Under the pieces are notes generated by a model, which saw only the letters and a program-made list of their open reading frames with translations, made no database searches and had not been told where the DNA came from. A DNA stretch of 64,000 nucleotides from Tubiluchus corallicola (lineage: Eukaryota > Animalia > Priapulida): contig JAQGDQ010000181.1 of assembly GCA_030141605.1 (NCBI GenBank), positions 372,378-436,377 on the forward strand, in the 5' to 3' direction. Of the stretch, positions 37,601 to 50,040 are shown in pieces. Every line of letters starts with the position of its first letter. Position 1 is the first letter of the stretch. The position numbers were made by a program, and so were the translations under genes.

Positions 37601-40600
37601 TGAGCTGCTATCCAACTCTGTGTAAGTTTTACTTTCTTTGTAATAAAACTGCTTAAACCAATGCGCAAAGTATGAATCATTATACTACAGTACAGCACAG
37701 TCAAAGACATGTAACACAACAGCTTGGTTTGCCTAATTCTATTAGACCATGTTATACGTGGTTGAATCCACTGAATATCAGTTGCAGAATCCGGCTTGGA
37801 TCGGGATCCTTAAGTCCGACCGGATGTCATGCCCGAATTTGGATCCGGTGCATCAGTGGTCTGATAGTTCTTTATAAATTGTATAAATATAATATATATA
37901 ATAATTAACTTTGAATTAAATAAATAAATTTACTTATTGTAAATTAACATTATAATAAATAAACTAAATGAATGAATGACTTGTCTGTTCTTCATACTTA
38001 TATCCTTGTTACGTTTTTTCTAGAAAAAATGGAAAAGGATGAATTATTGAAGAGTTCGTTAGAGCAAGAGAAGGTGCTGACACCAGTAAACACTGCGCCT
38101 GTGCTGCCTCCTAGCAGTGCTTCTCCTGCTCATCAGCCGCCTCTGCCACAGCGGGAACAATTCCAGCAAGAACGAGGAGGCGGAGATGACAAGAAATCGT
38201 CTACGGACAGCAGTACTGTGGTAGCTACAGTGCCTCCGACTAGCGTGGATTCAAACGTTCCAGCCGGTCTAAGAAAAACTACAGGACCAGGTATAATAGC
38301 ACAAAATTTATTACTAGTTATTATTACTTGTGTAAGTTGCAGTTTATTTGTTTCTGGGTAAACGGGGGAACAATTGTTTGTTTGTCACAACTGTGTAGAT
38401 AAAGATATCTAGAAGTGATGGTCAACGTTCAGTCCAGATGTGCCCTAGACCAGGGCAGTCAAAAGTAAGATCAAGACCAAAACTGAAACCAATACCAGAA
38501 TTTTATGATCAAGACAATACCAACTCCTAGTAATTCAAGACTGCCATGTTCGAGACCAAGACTAATTCAAGTTCTTTCACAGGAAACAGCTTTAGGCATG
38601 CTAAACCTGCCTTTAAAATATTTTGCATAAAAATTTTTGTCATTTTGAATTGATGAAGAATTAACAAAGCAAGAATTTCCAAATAAAGAATTCTTAAAAG
38701 CATTGAAAACAGCCAAATTTGGGAACATTAAGTTGCTAGCACTGCTGTTTGATCTTGAAATTGAATCCATTCGTTATACCGTTTGAAAATAGAAGTCTGC
38801 TAAATGACTGTTCATATCATGAGTCGTGTCTTTTCAGTCCGTTATTACACTGGTCTTACCAAGTTATTGCTGCAACTATGAAGTTATTAAAATAATGCAA
38901 AATTCAATAACTGGTTCAGACTTCTTTTTCTACCTCTAATGTCCATACATTTATTCAAGTTTGTCGACCAGCTCACCATGCACATAAAATTTCAAAAAAC
39001 TCCTCAACTAGTTTGCTAGCTTGTGTTCTGAATGCTGGCAAAACATCACCAAGTAATTTTGTCTAGTGTGTGATAAAATTAACTGCATTTTGTATAAAGT
39101 GGAATAAATTTCGAGGCCATGCTTTGAAACCAGGACCAAGGCCTGCAAAAATTGGGTTCAAGACATTTTGAATAACACTTCTCTGCAATCAGTTATAAAA
39201 ATTTATAGGGAAGACAATTTCTGCTTTTGATCATTTTGATTTCTTTAAAATCTTTCCTTGGGTTTTTGTATAAAATTAAATGCTCAAAATTATTTTTTGC
39301 ATCCTTGTTTTTTAGTGAGGGATGAACAGATAGCTGCATTGAAAAGGTTTAGCACTGACTTCAAATTATCAGAAGAGGGGCAAGAACCTCAAAAGGAACA
39401 GGAGCCAAAAGAGGAGGTGGTGGAAGAGAAAGAAGAGTAAGTTTCTCAGATTCTTATATACATACGTTTTGCTGCCCTGACTTCCTCTGATGTTCATGAA
39501 ATGTATGTAATTATTTTCTTTGCTTGTTTTTCAGATCGCTGAAGTCTAAGTTGAATCCAAATGCAGCTGAATTTAAACTAAATGTTAATGCAAGGCCTTT
39601 TATTCCAGTAAGTATGAATGGAATGTTTCTTGGTCAGAATCATTACAAGATTTTTTTATTTACGAAATGGTAATTGTTATACTAACTACATAAGAAACTT
39701 TTTGTTGGCTTATTGCGATTCTGTATTTAACATTTTATTGCCAAAACGTCTTGAAAAGAAACTAATTTTAAAATTCAGTCTAGTTCAGTAATTTTCCTAG
39801 AGGCACATAAAGAAACTTAGTCAGTAAATTTCCTAGAAGCACATGTACCATGGCCTGGTACGTTATTCACTTTTTTCTTCATGGGTGAATGTAAATATTT
39901 TTTTCAAATAGATACCAGCATGCAGCCGGGCATGACTTTTCTATTCTGTATTACATGAAGAGAACAATATGTTAAATGCTGAAAATTTCCAATGGAAAAC
40001 AGTCAAATGCAATTTGAAGAAATATAGAGGTAGCATTTGTGAGTTAATTTCACTAATTTAAACCTCTGTTAGTGCTATAAAAATGTAAAATTATTTTTGT
40101 TTAAAATTTACAGAAAGCACCTACACCACAGGCGGTGCCACAGCCACAGAATGTTACACCGCCTCTACGACCGCAGAGTCCCATAGTAACTGCACCAGTT
40201 GCTTATATCCCAACTACCCCTGTGATGGGACCACGTCCACATGTCATTATACCCACAGCACCGACTTCTGCTCCGCGCATGCGTAAACGTAAGTCACTAA
40301 GAATTTCAATGTTATGGCAACCTATTCTTGTGACAAATGTAACAGTTTGTCAGCAAACAGATTGTTGGGCGTGTATCGCGAAAAAACTATTTACAACATT
40401 TTTAAAAGCTAAATAATTGTGTATGTCAACTTTGTGTTGTACTAATGGAAAGTAACATAGGTCAAGTACGTCAAGATGCAACTATCAAACTTGCTAGACT
40501 GTTCAACAGTGTCAAGTTCCTCAATAAACTAGGAGGTTTTTTATAAAGTTATACTTATCAATAGAAATATGATTATTTCTGAACGTAAATATTTCAGAAA

Positions 40601-43600
40601 TGTTAATTACTTATAAAATTTAACTTGATTTTGTTCAAATTACATTTTTATATTTCGGTTCGTTGTGCCTGGAGACATTAAAGCTTCACAGTCATCAACA
40701 CTGGAGATAAGCACTGCTGTAGAAAGTTGACTTTCAGATGCACGTTACACGAAATGTTTGCTTTGTTTGAATTATTTTAACCAAAATTTTTCCGTGGTTT
40801 TTTAACAGGAAAAAAAGGAAAGGTAAACTAGATAAATATTATAAAGACCTCCAAAAGATACTATCGAAAATTACAAAAAGTTTTAACTACGAAACTTAAA
40901 ATTTTTTGTTATAGAGTTATTGATTCTTCCTCGTCAGTTTTTCAGTTTTGTATTTTAAAAACATTTTTTGTTGGGAATATGTCCCAAAGGCATTGCCTTA
41001 TTTCCGCTAAACAACGTGTCAGGTTGCATTGTGCCATTGTGAAATGTCACGACATAGTTTTTTTGTATTAAATTTTCCTGGGTAACAATGCATAGTAGCT
41101 AGTATCAAAAAACAGTTATTTGAAAATATTAGCCGTTTGGAACTGGAACTTATTAATGTCATAAATATTCAAAAGACTAAACTTTTTAAACATTTATAAC
41201 ATAATAAGTTCCAAACCGCCATTTTCATGTACAAATTCTCTCATAAATTATTGCCACCCTTATTTACTGATTATTTTTGTTTGAATGCTGAAATACATAA
41301 TTGTAATACACAATATAGACTTAACTATCACTACATACAGTGCAACACAAATGTTAGAAAATTTTCTATTAAATACGATGGCCCTTACATATAAAATTCA
41401 ATTGGAACAGCTATAAGAAATGCCAACTCGCTGTCTATTTTCAAAAAGTATATAAATTACGCTTGCTTGAAACATATACCTGATCACTCAATCATGATTT
41501 GTAGTTGTTTTTCATTTTCAAAAAATTCCCCTCTGTGATAATAATATAGTTTTTAGTTTCCACCTATATATATATATATATGTGTGTGTGCAATGCACAC
41601 CTCCATGTAGTCTAAACAAGTGTTGCCTGCTCCACAAATGCTCTTAGCGAATATGTTAAAGCATTTATCATTTCTCTGTACTGACCATCGGTTTGCATCG
41701 TAATTATGACGTACTACTAACGCCCACTGTAACTCACATTAACCATTAGTAATATATTGTAATTTTTTTGTAACTAATTCTAGTGGCCTAGCATAAGCTA
41801 ACGTCTTAGGTCTCTAGCGCAGAATTCATGAATTGTATCATAATTTTGTATTAACAAAAACTGATTATCGATGTACTTGTAATGCATATGTATATGTTTA
41901 TTGATGCAAAGTGCAGAGAGCTGTGCTGCCTGTAAAGTAGTGAACCATAGCTTTGTTGCTATTGAATTTTGTTTTGGACTAGGAAACAAAAGTGTTCAGC
42001 AAACAAAAACGAAAATCTTTCCCAAGACTGTAGTTCAAAAGTCGTTTTCAGTTAGTTTACGACTTCACATTATACGATCCGATTGAAAGCTGCAATATAC
42101 AGAACACAAGAACAGTTCGATGATAAAACAAACTGAAGCGAAAGTGTATTTATCAGCAAACCTAAACAGAAATTTTGTTTCATTAACAACTCTGGCTACA
42201 GTAGCTTGCTCTTCTATTGCCCATTGTGTATATTTGTTTTTATTCAACCATGCTTAATTTTCTAGTTTAATTTTCAATACATTTCAATAGCATTGGACTT
42301 TCTTTTTTTATATCACTTGGCATAACTCAAACCAAATTGTTAAAAAAAATGAAAAACCTTTATCCTGAATGAGGTGACCAGTTTGATTACTACGGTGATG
42401 AAATGAACCAGGGTGAGTTTGAGCATAAGTGGCCACGTGCCATTTGTGTAAAGCATGTGTGTGAGACCACTCGGCTGTGCACCCTTATTTTCCAAGTAGT
42501 CGTGTTGAAATATCACTAAACTCGTTTCTTGAATTTTAGATTTGACATTTTTATCAATGCAGTTAAAATATATAATGTTCTATGCTCGCACTTCGTCTTT
42601 CAGCAGCCTGTTTTCAATTTCCAGTTTGACTTCTTTAAATATCATCCAGCAGTGCCAACCATCACATAACCTCATAATAAATCCTTTATTTAAGTATTTT
42701 TATAATCACCATCAAAACTTTAAATTTGGGTATGTGAAATTACAATTCAAAGTACATGATAAGAAGTATCGGTGAATTGAAATTGTCTGTATGTGATAAT
42801 CACAAGTTCAAATGTTTAATGTGTTTGTGTTGTTGCAGCCATGCCTAACCAAGGTAGTGAATTTACTCCTCCTTCAGCAGCTGCAGCAGCCGGTGCTCCC
42901 ATACATCTACCCGCGGGAGCTGCTGCAGGTTTTCCTAGCCAACAGAATCCGCAGTATCCTGTGCAACCAGGACAAGCAGTTCCGCAGATGGGAGGCACAC
43001 CAGGGCCTTATGTTTCGTATCCTACAGTGAGTATTTTCTGTCACAGACTCTCTATATTCCTAGGTTCAAAAAAGTAATATGGGCATTTTTTTTAAGTAAA
43101 TCAACATGAATTTGTGCATTTTAGACTTTTTAAAAAATTTTCACTTTTTTGTTAGCACATTATTAAATCTGTAAAAGCAAGTAACTTTTGAAAAGATGTT
43201 TTAGGCATAATCACAATGGCTGAACGTTACTTCTTCATGTCCGGATCCCAGACACACGTAATACAATGTGCTCCAATGTTGCAATGAAAAGTGTTAAATT
43301 TATTTTTCTGTATAATGCAATTCCAACCTCGTAGCGATTAACTTGCATGTGAGTAGTAATAACAAGCAGCATTTGCCACTGTTCTAGATTCTTTAAATAT
43401 TGACAATTTCCCTTCATTGTGGATTGTGCTAAAATTTTCTTTGCCTTGCGGTTCATATATATATATAATATAGTGGGCTAATGTTGGCCATCCAGTTGTT
43501 ACGCATTCAAATTTGTTCACGCCTCATGACCTTGGCTGACTTTTTATAGAATACATAAAATATTTATATTTATATAGTATTCGTAAAGTATTTACGTAAA

Positions 43601-46600
43601 TCATTGAAAAAATTTAAATGTGGTCCCATTACCTCATTATACCCTAGAGACTATGCAAAATGTCATGATAAAATGAATTCACCGGTGGAAATGTTTAAAC
43701 TTGTGCACTAAACAGCATGCATGCAAAAACGTTTTTTAGCTTTCATGTACACATTGACGTTTCAGTTTAAAAAGAGAGGTTACAGTTTACTCTGCAACAG
43801 GAAATCAAGATGACTGTGATGGTTATAATTGTCATTTTACAATTGCAGATGTATACTCAAATGGTGCCGCGAATGGTCGCGCCTGGTCAGACGATTATGA
43901 TTCCTTCGTCGCAAACAGGCAATATGCAAGGTGTTGAACAGGTGCCACAAGTTATGTGTAAGTAATAATCTGCTTGAATTTCATTTCATACTAGTGAGTT
44001 TTATGTACTTAATGACTGGTTTTATGTGAGTGCCATAGAGAAGCTAAGGTTAACATGCAAAAATTTATGACTAAAGCATAATTGTATGGTTTACTAGCCT
44101 GTGAATTTTCGGAAGATTGTACAAAAACTAGATAATAAGAATACTGCTATAGACGCAGAAGACACGAAAAATTATATGAATGTTACAGCAGATTCATAAG
44201 AAGCCAAAAGCTCGAGTTGTGTTTTGCAAAAGTCACTTTTCGGAATTTTGAATTTGATATTTGATAGTGTAGCGCAGGCACTTAAGCGGCCCACTTTGCA
44301 CAACCTCTGCCTTTATTCCAAAGTATGGCATGATTACCAAACTAGTGTTACATGTCACCCCTAAAAAGTACCAGTAGTTAAAACCTAAGTCTTCTAAATT
44401 ATTCTTTTACAAGTATTTCGGTTCTTGTTGGTTAAATCTTCACACCTTTTGGTTTCAACCAATCAGGTTTCATTTTGGCTCTATCTCTGACATGTACGCT
44501 AGTTTGGGGACGGTTATAAAGGGAGGGTAAAAACCTGCTGTACTTTGGAGTTACAGTGGTAATTGGGTCGTGCAGAGTTGGTGGCTCTTGTGCTTGTGTT
44601 TCTTCCATCAGACTTAGAGCTCTCCTACTACCTGCTATATGGCAAGTTAAGTATCAGTCTCTCCACTTTATTTCTTTGTTATATTTTTCTTTAATTTGTT
44701 TACAATCTTGTCACAGTTAGTTTAGGCCTTGTAGTATTTAAATCCCTTTTCAGTTAAATAGTCAGCATTATTTAATTCAGTTTTGGTTAATTATAGTTAT
44801 GTGGAAATTATTATTAGGCTGCTCCGCCTCCGTACCTGCAGGCCCAAACCACCCCCAGGCCTTGCCACCAGCACTTCAATATCATTGTACATCAGTTTCG
44901 TAATAATGTCTTCAATTTATTGAAATAATGTCACATGACAGAAAATGGGTTTGCTTTTGTTTAAAATATTGTCTCTTGTGCAATAGAATTGGGCAATAGT
45001 ACACACGTTTTTAAAGAAATTATGCAATTCATCAAAACAGTGTCACGTGATTGGTCAATTTGACTACAAGCTCAAGTGGAAGCAAAAAATGACCCGTTGT
45101 TTTATTTGAAATTTATCAGTCAATATGCCTACAAACTCAAATTCGTAAAAGTGATCTGTTAATAATTTTATTTTTATTTGGAATATTAGTGGTGTATAAG
45201 AAAACAAACAATGCCTAATTTTTTTTTGGACAATTGCATTTATGACTGCATGGGATTGTCACCAATAGAACTTTCCTCGATCTATGGCTTTAGGACTCGT
45301 GCTGCTGGTGACGATAAATTCACTGCTGCTCTCTAACTGGCCATTATTTGTATACTGCATCTTTAGAGATTCCGCCACTTGTCTGAATGTGAATTTCCGC
45401 CAAAGTTAACTTCAATGTTTTATTACAGTCGCGCATGCACCCAATGGCGTGACGACTCATGTGGTGCACCCTAATTCGCAGTATGTCAATCCTGCTGCTG
45501 GACCCAACTCACAAGCACCGAATAACTCATCTCAAGCTCCTACCAACCCTAGCCCACAACAAACACAAGCTAATCAACAGGTGAGTGAACTGATTACGAT
45601 TTTCAAATAAATAAATTAATCATCTAATTCCCATTTATTTTCATCTTTATTATTATTAGCCTATACAATAATATAATAATAGGTAAAACAATTCTGATTT
45701 GATGTTTGTAGGTGTTAGTACGTCATAGTTAAATGTTCTTTTTCACTTTTGAATGAACAAATATGTTTTTTTGTTTGGTAAAAATATGTTGCCAGGTGTT
45801 AATCAGGTAGATTAAGTATTAATAAATGTAGAACATGCAAATACATGTATGAAGCAAGTGATCATTTTTACATCAGAATAATTGGGTGTGCCAAGGCATC
45901 ACATTTGTTCGTTGTTGAATTCTAAATCTATTAGGTCACATTTAAATGAACACAAATATGTTTTTTTGATTTGACAAGAATGTCTGTTTCAGTAAGAAAG
46001 CGTGTTTCTCAGTTGTGTAATCACAATTTGTGTTGTGTTTGTTTGTGTGATACAGTAATGATCTGATGGGGCACCATATTAGTGCATCTTTTTAATGGTT
46101 GTTTCAGCCGCAGTATGCAGTCAATGTTTCACAGCCACCACAAGTTATGTACCAACCACAGATGGGGCAGCCTCCACTACAGCCTAGTCCGCACCCACCC
46201 ACCTCACCACAGCCTCTACACGGGGTGCCTTCTGGCACTTACACCACTCCGCAGCCACCCCACTTCTCTATGGCTCAGCCAACTAACAGTGTGCAGTCAA
46301 TGACTCAGCAGCCTCACCAGGGCTACCCGGCACAGCAAGTCATCTTTCTTCCTCAAGCCGGTGCACAGTTTCCCCATGCTATACATACGCATCAGTTTCA
46401 GGTATGTAGTCACCTTGTTATTCCAGCTGTTTAAAAGAAAAGCCAGGGCTTTCAGGAAGTTGAGCTTATTTTAATGTTTGAGAAAATTGTTAGAAAGCTT
46501 CAGCATAAAATTGTGATAAGTGCTTTGTGTGGTTACTAAAATTAATTTAAAACCGAGATCACTTCATGCTTGGGTGAAATTTGAATGAAAATTTGCATCA

Positions 46601-48726
46601 TGTGGTTACTGTACAGTTTAAATACTTACCCCGTCCTGGTGCTTGAGCAAACCTTTTTGAAACAATTATGATCTATAGACAATCCAAAATGTTAAATGAG
46701 AGATTAGTAATAGTATGTTTTTGCTTTTTGATCAACCCTGTTATCCACTGTGTAATGAAAATCAAGTGCCCACGATAACATAATAACCTCCAACTCGACA
46801 ATTAACACCGACAAAGTAACAGAACAACAAGTTCAAACTGGAGTTTATAAGCTCGCAGCCTTGGAAAACTTCCATGCTTATCTTCAATTATGTCATGTGT
46901 TTGTTTATCTGTACATTTGAATTACTAGCATATTTTGAGGTGTAATCTTGTAGACGAAAGCTATGTAAGCACTTTAAAGATGTTGCTAATTGATCTTATG
47001 ACTAATTTTTACATATTTTGTAAACACAGTTAACACAAAGATCAGGTAGAATAGCAGAATTTTTGAGTGAACTGAAGAAGTTTTGTTAGGCGTGGCTTCA
47101 TGCTGTCCACCAGCTTTCATCATTTTATATATATGCCCACAGTGAGGTTAGTTTTGTGGGAAATAAAAATGATTTAAATTTCTTTCACATTTTTAAACAA
47201 GACATTTTAAGCACATATATTACGTTATCATTTCAATATTTCTAAGTGTATGTTAAAGTACAATGAATGTTATTCAAGAGTCGTTTTTTCTTTGACGAAG
47301 AGCAATTTGCAGCACTCCATCTGTTGATCTTCTTAGTGATTTTTATTTTGACCATAAAATTTGTAGCAAAGTATTATTCATTTTCTGGGCAACTGTTTTT
47401 AAATCACCAGTTATTCTAATACTTACTTCTATGTCGAAAGCGTACTGTATTGATATAAAATTCATGCTGAGGCTGACCATTTGATAACAACTTTGACTTC
47501 TTTTTTTAAAACGTGCCATCTGAGTTGTAGAAATGGCTAGATCAGCAATTAGTACTTCTTTAGTAAAATTTATCATTCTGAGTTTTGTTTTTTAGGCAGC
47601 ACAAATGCAACATCCTCATCTGGTGCAGCATTCGGGGGTTCAGGGTATCACTGTTTCGACGCCCACTGCTCACCACCCACATATAGCCACACCACATTAC
47701 ATTGTACCACATATGGGACAGCCTAGTAAGTATATCTGTTAGGAAACAAAATAGACATTTGAGTAATGCATGTCACCGTTTGTTGCCTAGTGATTTGACA
47801 ATTTTATCTCTTAGAGGTTAATCCAGTCAAAATCTCATGCTGATATGTTTTATTTGTTAAATAACATTGATTAAGTTTATGATAATCTCGCAAGATTATT
47901 ACCAATAAAAGTAAAATTGAGCAAAAAATGTAACTTGTTTTTGACCATGGTTCCACATTGTTAGACCACTAGTTTCAAATCAAATTAAAGTGCAGACTTC
48001 AGAGGGAAAGATCACAGTACCACTGTGTTGTAATGGTTTCCAGGTTAGAAGCCTGGAAAACAGAAGGTTTTGGGTTCGAGCACTAGTGGAAGTGCAAAAT
48101 TTACAGACTTTCTAATTTAGTATAACTACATACCTTCATGTGATTACATGATTAGAGTGTTGGTTGAATATTTAGGTGTGAGATTTAAGTTATTGTCATG
48201 AGTGAAGCCTCTGCATCTGTCATATCAAATTCTCATCGTACTAGCCTTAACCCAACCTTGTAGCATGAGTTGAGTATCAAAATAATTCTGGGTAGCAGTA
48301 TGGCACTTCTTTCCAGTGTATTTTTAAAAATAGTACACTTTTTAGTATAATTATAAACCTAGTGTTATAAAATTTGCATTAATTATTAAATACATTTCCA
48401 TTACCCTTTTGATGAGTGATGTTGTTCTTAGTGTATGTATTGTATAACAAACTTGATCTTGAAGTTAAGTAGGTGAAGGAAGATAATTCTTGCTAAAAAT
48501 GTTTTGAAACGGTTATTATTAATAAAATTCTGTTTGCATTTTTGATTAAAATTTTACGATTTATATTGACTGCTGTATAACTAATATTACTATAATACCA
48601 TCTCATTTAGTTTAGTGCTTTCAAAAGATACAAGTCTGTAAGATAAAATTAATGTTTACAGCAGCATCGCATGGAGGACAGATACCTATGCAGCAGCACT
48701 ATCAGCCTCATCAGTCCTCACAGTGA
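19180..48726 (+). CDS. ATXN2: Ataxin-2 family RNA-binding protein (LSm, LsmAD, PAM2, P/Q/H-rich C-terminus), ~859 aa
   Basis: Phase-consistent exons: 19180-19244, 20585-20627, 28082-28135 (DGVYGNGRLMHTASSLV), 30299-30370 (GVVVQIQARNGDIFEGVFRTFS), 31164-31320, 32838-32867, 34299-34438 (DGFTDTAISKFNG..ELQPW), 34669-34757 (NGWTPDEMFKQNEEKYGVQSTYD), 35825-36022 (REAEAQRIAAEIE..DEARYSAVMR), 36944-37101, 38024-38290, 39316-39436, 39535-39607 (SKLNPNAAEF), 40114-40288, 42839-43026, 43849-43957, 45429-45580, 46108-46401, 47596-47725, 48662-48726 (TGA). Total 2580 nt. Confidence 0.93.
23709..24380 (+). mobile_element. Dispersed DNA-transposon-like repeat, copy 1 (possibly Kolobok-type)
   Basis: Same-orientation homology to 49457-50040 (ggacaagaaaa..tgaagtaggtttcagaaaa..aaaggaatttttgtttgttttcattttaaatctcc..ccatgcaaatctatattacttagc). 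Confidence 0.65.
24961..25079 (+). repeat. Local direct duplication (50-bp unit, 69-bp spacing)
   Basis: gacctccttttcggt(g/a)ataaaattctggtcattcatattatacaagtaat at 24961 and 25029. Confidence 0.8.
25618..26022 (-). mobile_element. 3' end of an L2/CR1-superfamily LINE
   Basis: Minus strand reads NLPNTLCINDFALFRKHSKTHLF, then tgtaaagtgctt...aataaataaat and a (TTA)n-like tail. Confidence 0.5.
28617..28711. repeat. (CT)n microsatellite
   Basis: Seen directly in the sequence. Confidence 0.9.
32094..32655. mobile_element. Tc1/mariner-type non-autonomous element (~560 bp)
   Basis: TIRs CAGGGGTGCCCAAA ... TTTGGGCACCCCTG followed by TA; left TSD not intact. Confidence 0.6.
36044..36276 (+). repeat. 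24-bp minisatellite (caaactcacaattatagattggta), about 9-10 copies
   Basis: Seen directly; starts ~20 bp after the LsmAD exon donor, with alternating variants. Confidence 0.92.
41150..41480 (+). mobile_element. Degenerate 3' fragment of a CR1/Crack-like LINE ORF2
   Basis: Translates as FQTAIFMYKFSHKLLPPLFTDYFCLNAEIHNCNTQYR...NVRKFSIKYDGPYI*NSIGTAIRNANSLSIFKK, typical of the post-RT C-terminus. Confidence 0.6.
48021..48100 (+). mobile_element. Possible degenerate tRNA-derived SINE head
   Basis: A-box-like tgttgtaatgg and B-box-like ggttcgagcac at tRNA-like spacing; no intact cloverleaf. Confidence 0.3.
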
Positions 48727-48889
48727 GGGCCTTGCTTTGATCGATCTGCTTTACCTAGACTATCACGTAAGTTAATTGTCATGCTTAATAAATGTAGCGC
48801 TAAATTAATTAAGGCTGTTTTCTGAATAAAATATGTTTCATTAAACTTCTATGTTAATTGGATACATTAACTTACCCTTTCATCCACGT

Positions 48890-49460
48890 TTCAGCATATT
48901 ACACCCATTCTTTGTCATTTGCATTGGCTGCTGATTATTCCACATACTAAATTTAAGATACTGCTACTTGTATTTAAGGCTCTTCATGGCGAGTCACCTG
49001 CTTACATTTGTAACATGATTCGTCTAACAAATTCAAACCGTTATAGTCTTAGATCAAATGATAACCTTTTGTATGCAGTTCTTAGAGTGTGCAGGTTCAC
49101 AATGGGTGATAGATCATTTGCTTTGCAGGACCATCTCTTTGGAACAGACTACTTATCTAAATCAAGACACTTTTGAACACTAGCATTTTTAAAATACAAA
49201 TTAAAACATACTTATTTAAAATAGCATACAATCTTTAAAGTGATCAAGTTATGTGCTTGTATTTTGTGAACCTGTGGTTTTTTATGCATTTTATTATTGT
49301 AATCTTATGATATTTAGTAAGCTTACTATTTAATCTTGTGAACCTTTTTTAAGTCTGTCACCTTTATTTTAGATATCTTTGTGAAGCATCTTTGAATATT
49401 GCCAGTCGTAAGATTCAGATGCTATACAAAACAAATATTATTTATTATCATTATCATTAA
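48890..49460 (+). mobile_element. 3' fragment of an L2-like LINE
   Basis: HITPILCHLHWLLIIPHTKFKILLLVFKALHGESPAYI...YSLRS...GDRSFA, followed by an AT-rich (ATT/ATC) tail at ~49435-49460. Confidence 0.7.
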
Positions 49461-50040
49461 AGGACAAGAAAATGGATACCTGAAGTAGGTTTCAGAAAAA
49501 TCACCCTAAAAATTGTGTTACTTTACAGCATTTTTGTGCCTATATTGTACTTGCGTTAAAAGGAATTTTTGTTTGTTTTCATTTTAAATCTCCACCAATA
49601 CTGTTCCGAAGTCACCGTTACATGACGTCACCTACGCAAACGTAAATCAAGGGAAGGAAAGGCAAAGTTAAATTCTGTCCCAAAAAACTTTCCATGCAAA
49701 TCTATATTACTTAGCATTTTACTTACTTGCTGTAAAGGTTTCACGTAACTATAAATAATAATTTAAAATGTTTGTGCCAATTGATAAAATGTCGCTGGCT
49801 AACACTCCAGGGTGTGCCACTCACTAACCAAAAACATATTTTTAATATTGTTGACAAGAACTAAACTTGTTTCAAGCAACCTACCATTAAAATGGCTGCA
49901 CTAACGGTCATTACAGGAGTTTAAATTTACAAGTTTTTGCACAACGTTACTGGAGGCGCAAGCCCTGCATGCAAAAAGGTAGTAAGTAAATGGTATTTTA
50001 AGCAGCTTTATGTAAGTAAAGGTTTTTTGTGCTTTAACAA
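49457..50040 (+). mobile_element. Dispersed DNA-transposon-like repeat, copy 2 (starts TTAA-AGG, Kolobok-like)
   Basis: Homologous to 23709-24380; begins ttaaaggacaag. Right terminus not found. Confidence 0.6.

Noticed and set aside
38455-39185. caagacc-rich subterminal motifs suggesting a hAT-like element
   Set aside because: Too degenerate to define TIRs or a TSD.
40809-40822. 14-nt AG/GT-bounded microexon candidate (RKKGK) in ataxin-2
   Set aside because: Would shift the frame; the flanking exons already join in phase 1. A poison-exon role cannot be supported from sequence alone.
44346-44715. Possible solo LTR (TGTTACA...TGTCACA with CCAAT and TATA-like boxes)
   Set aside because: No target-site duplication, no properly placed poly(A) signal, no second copy in the window.
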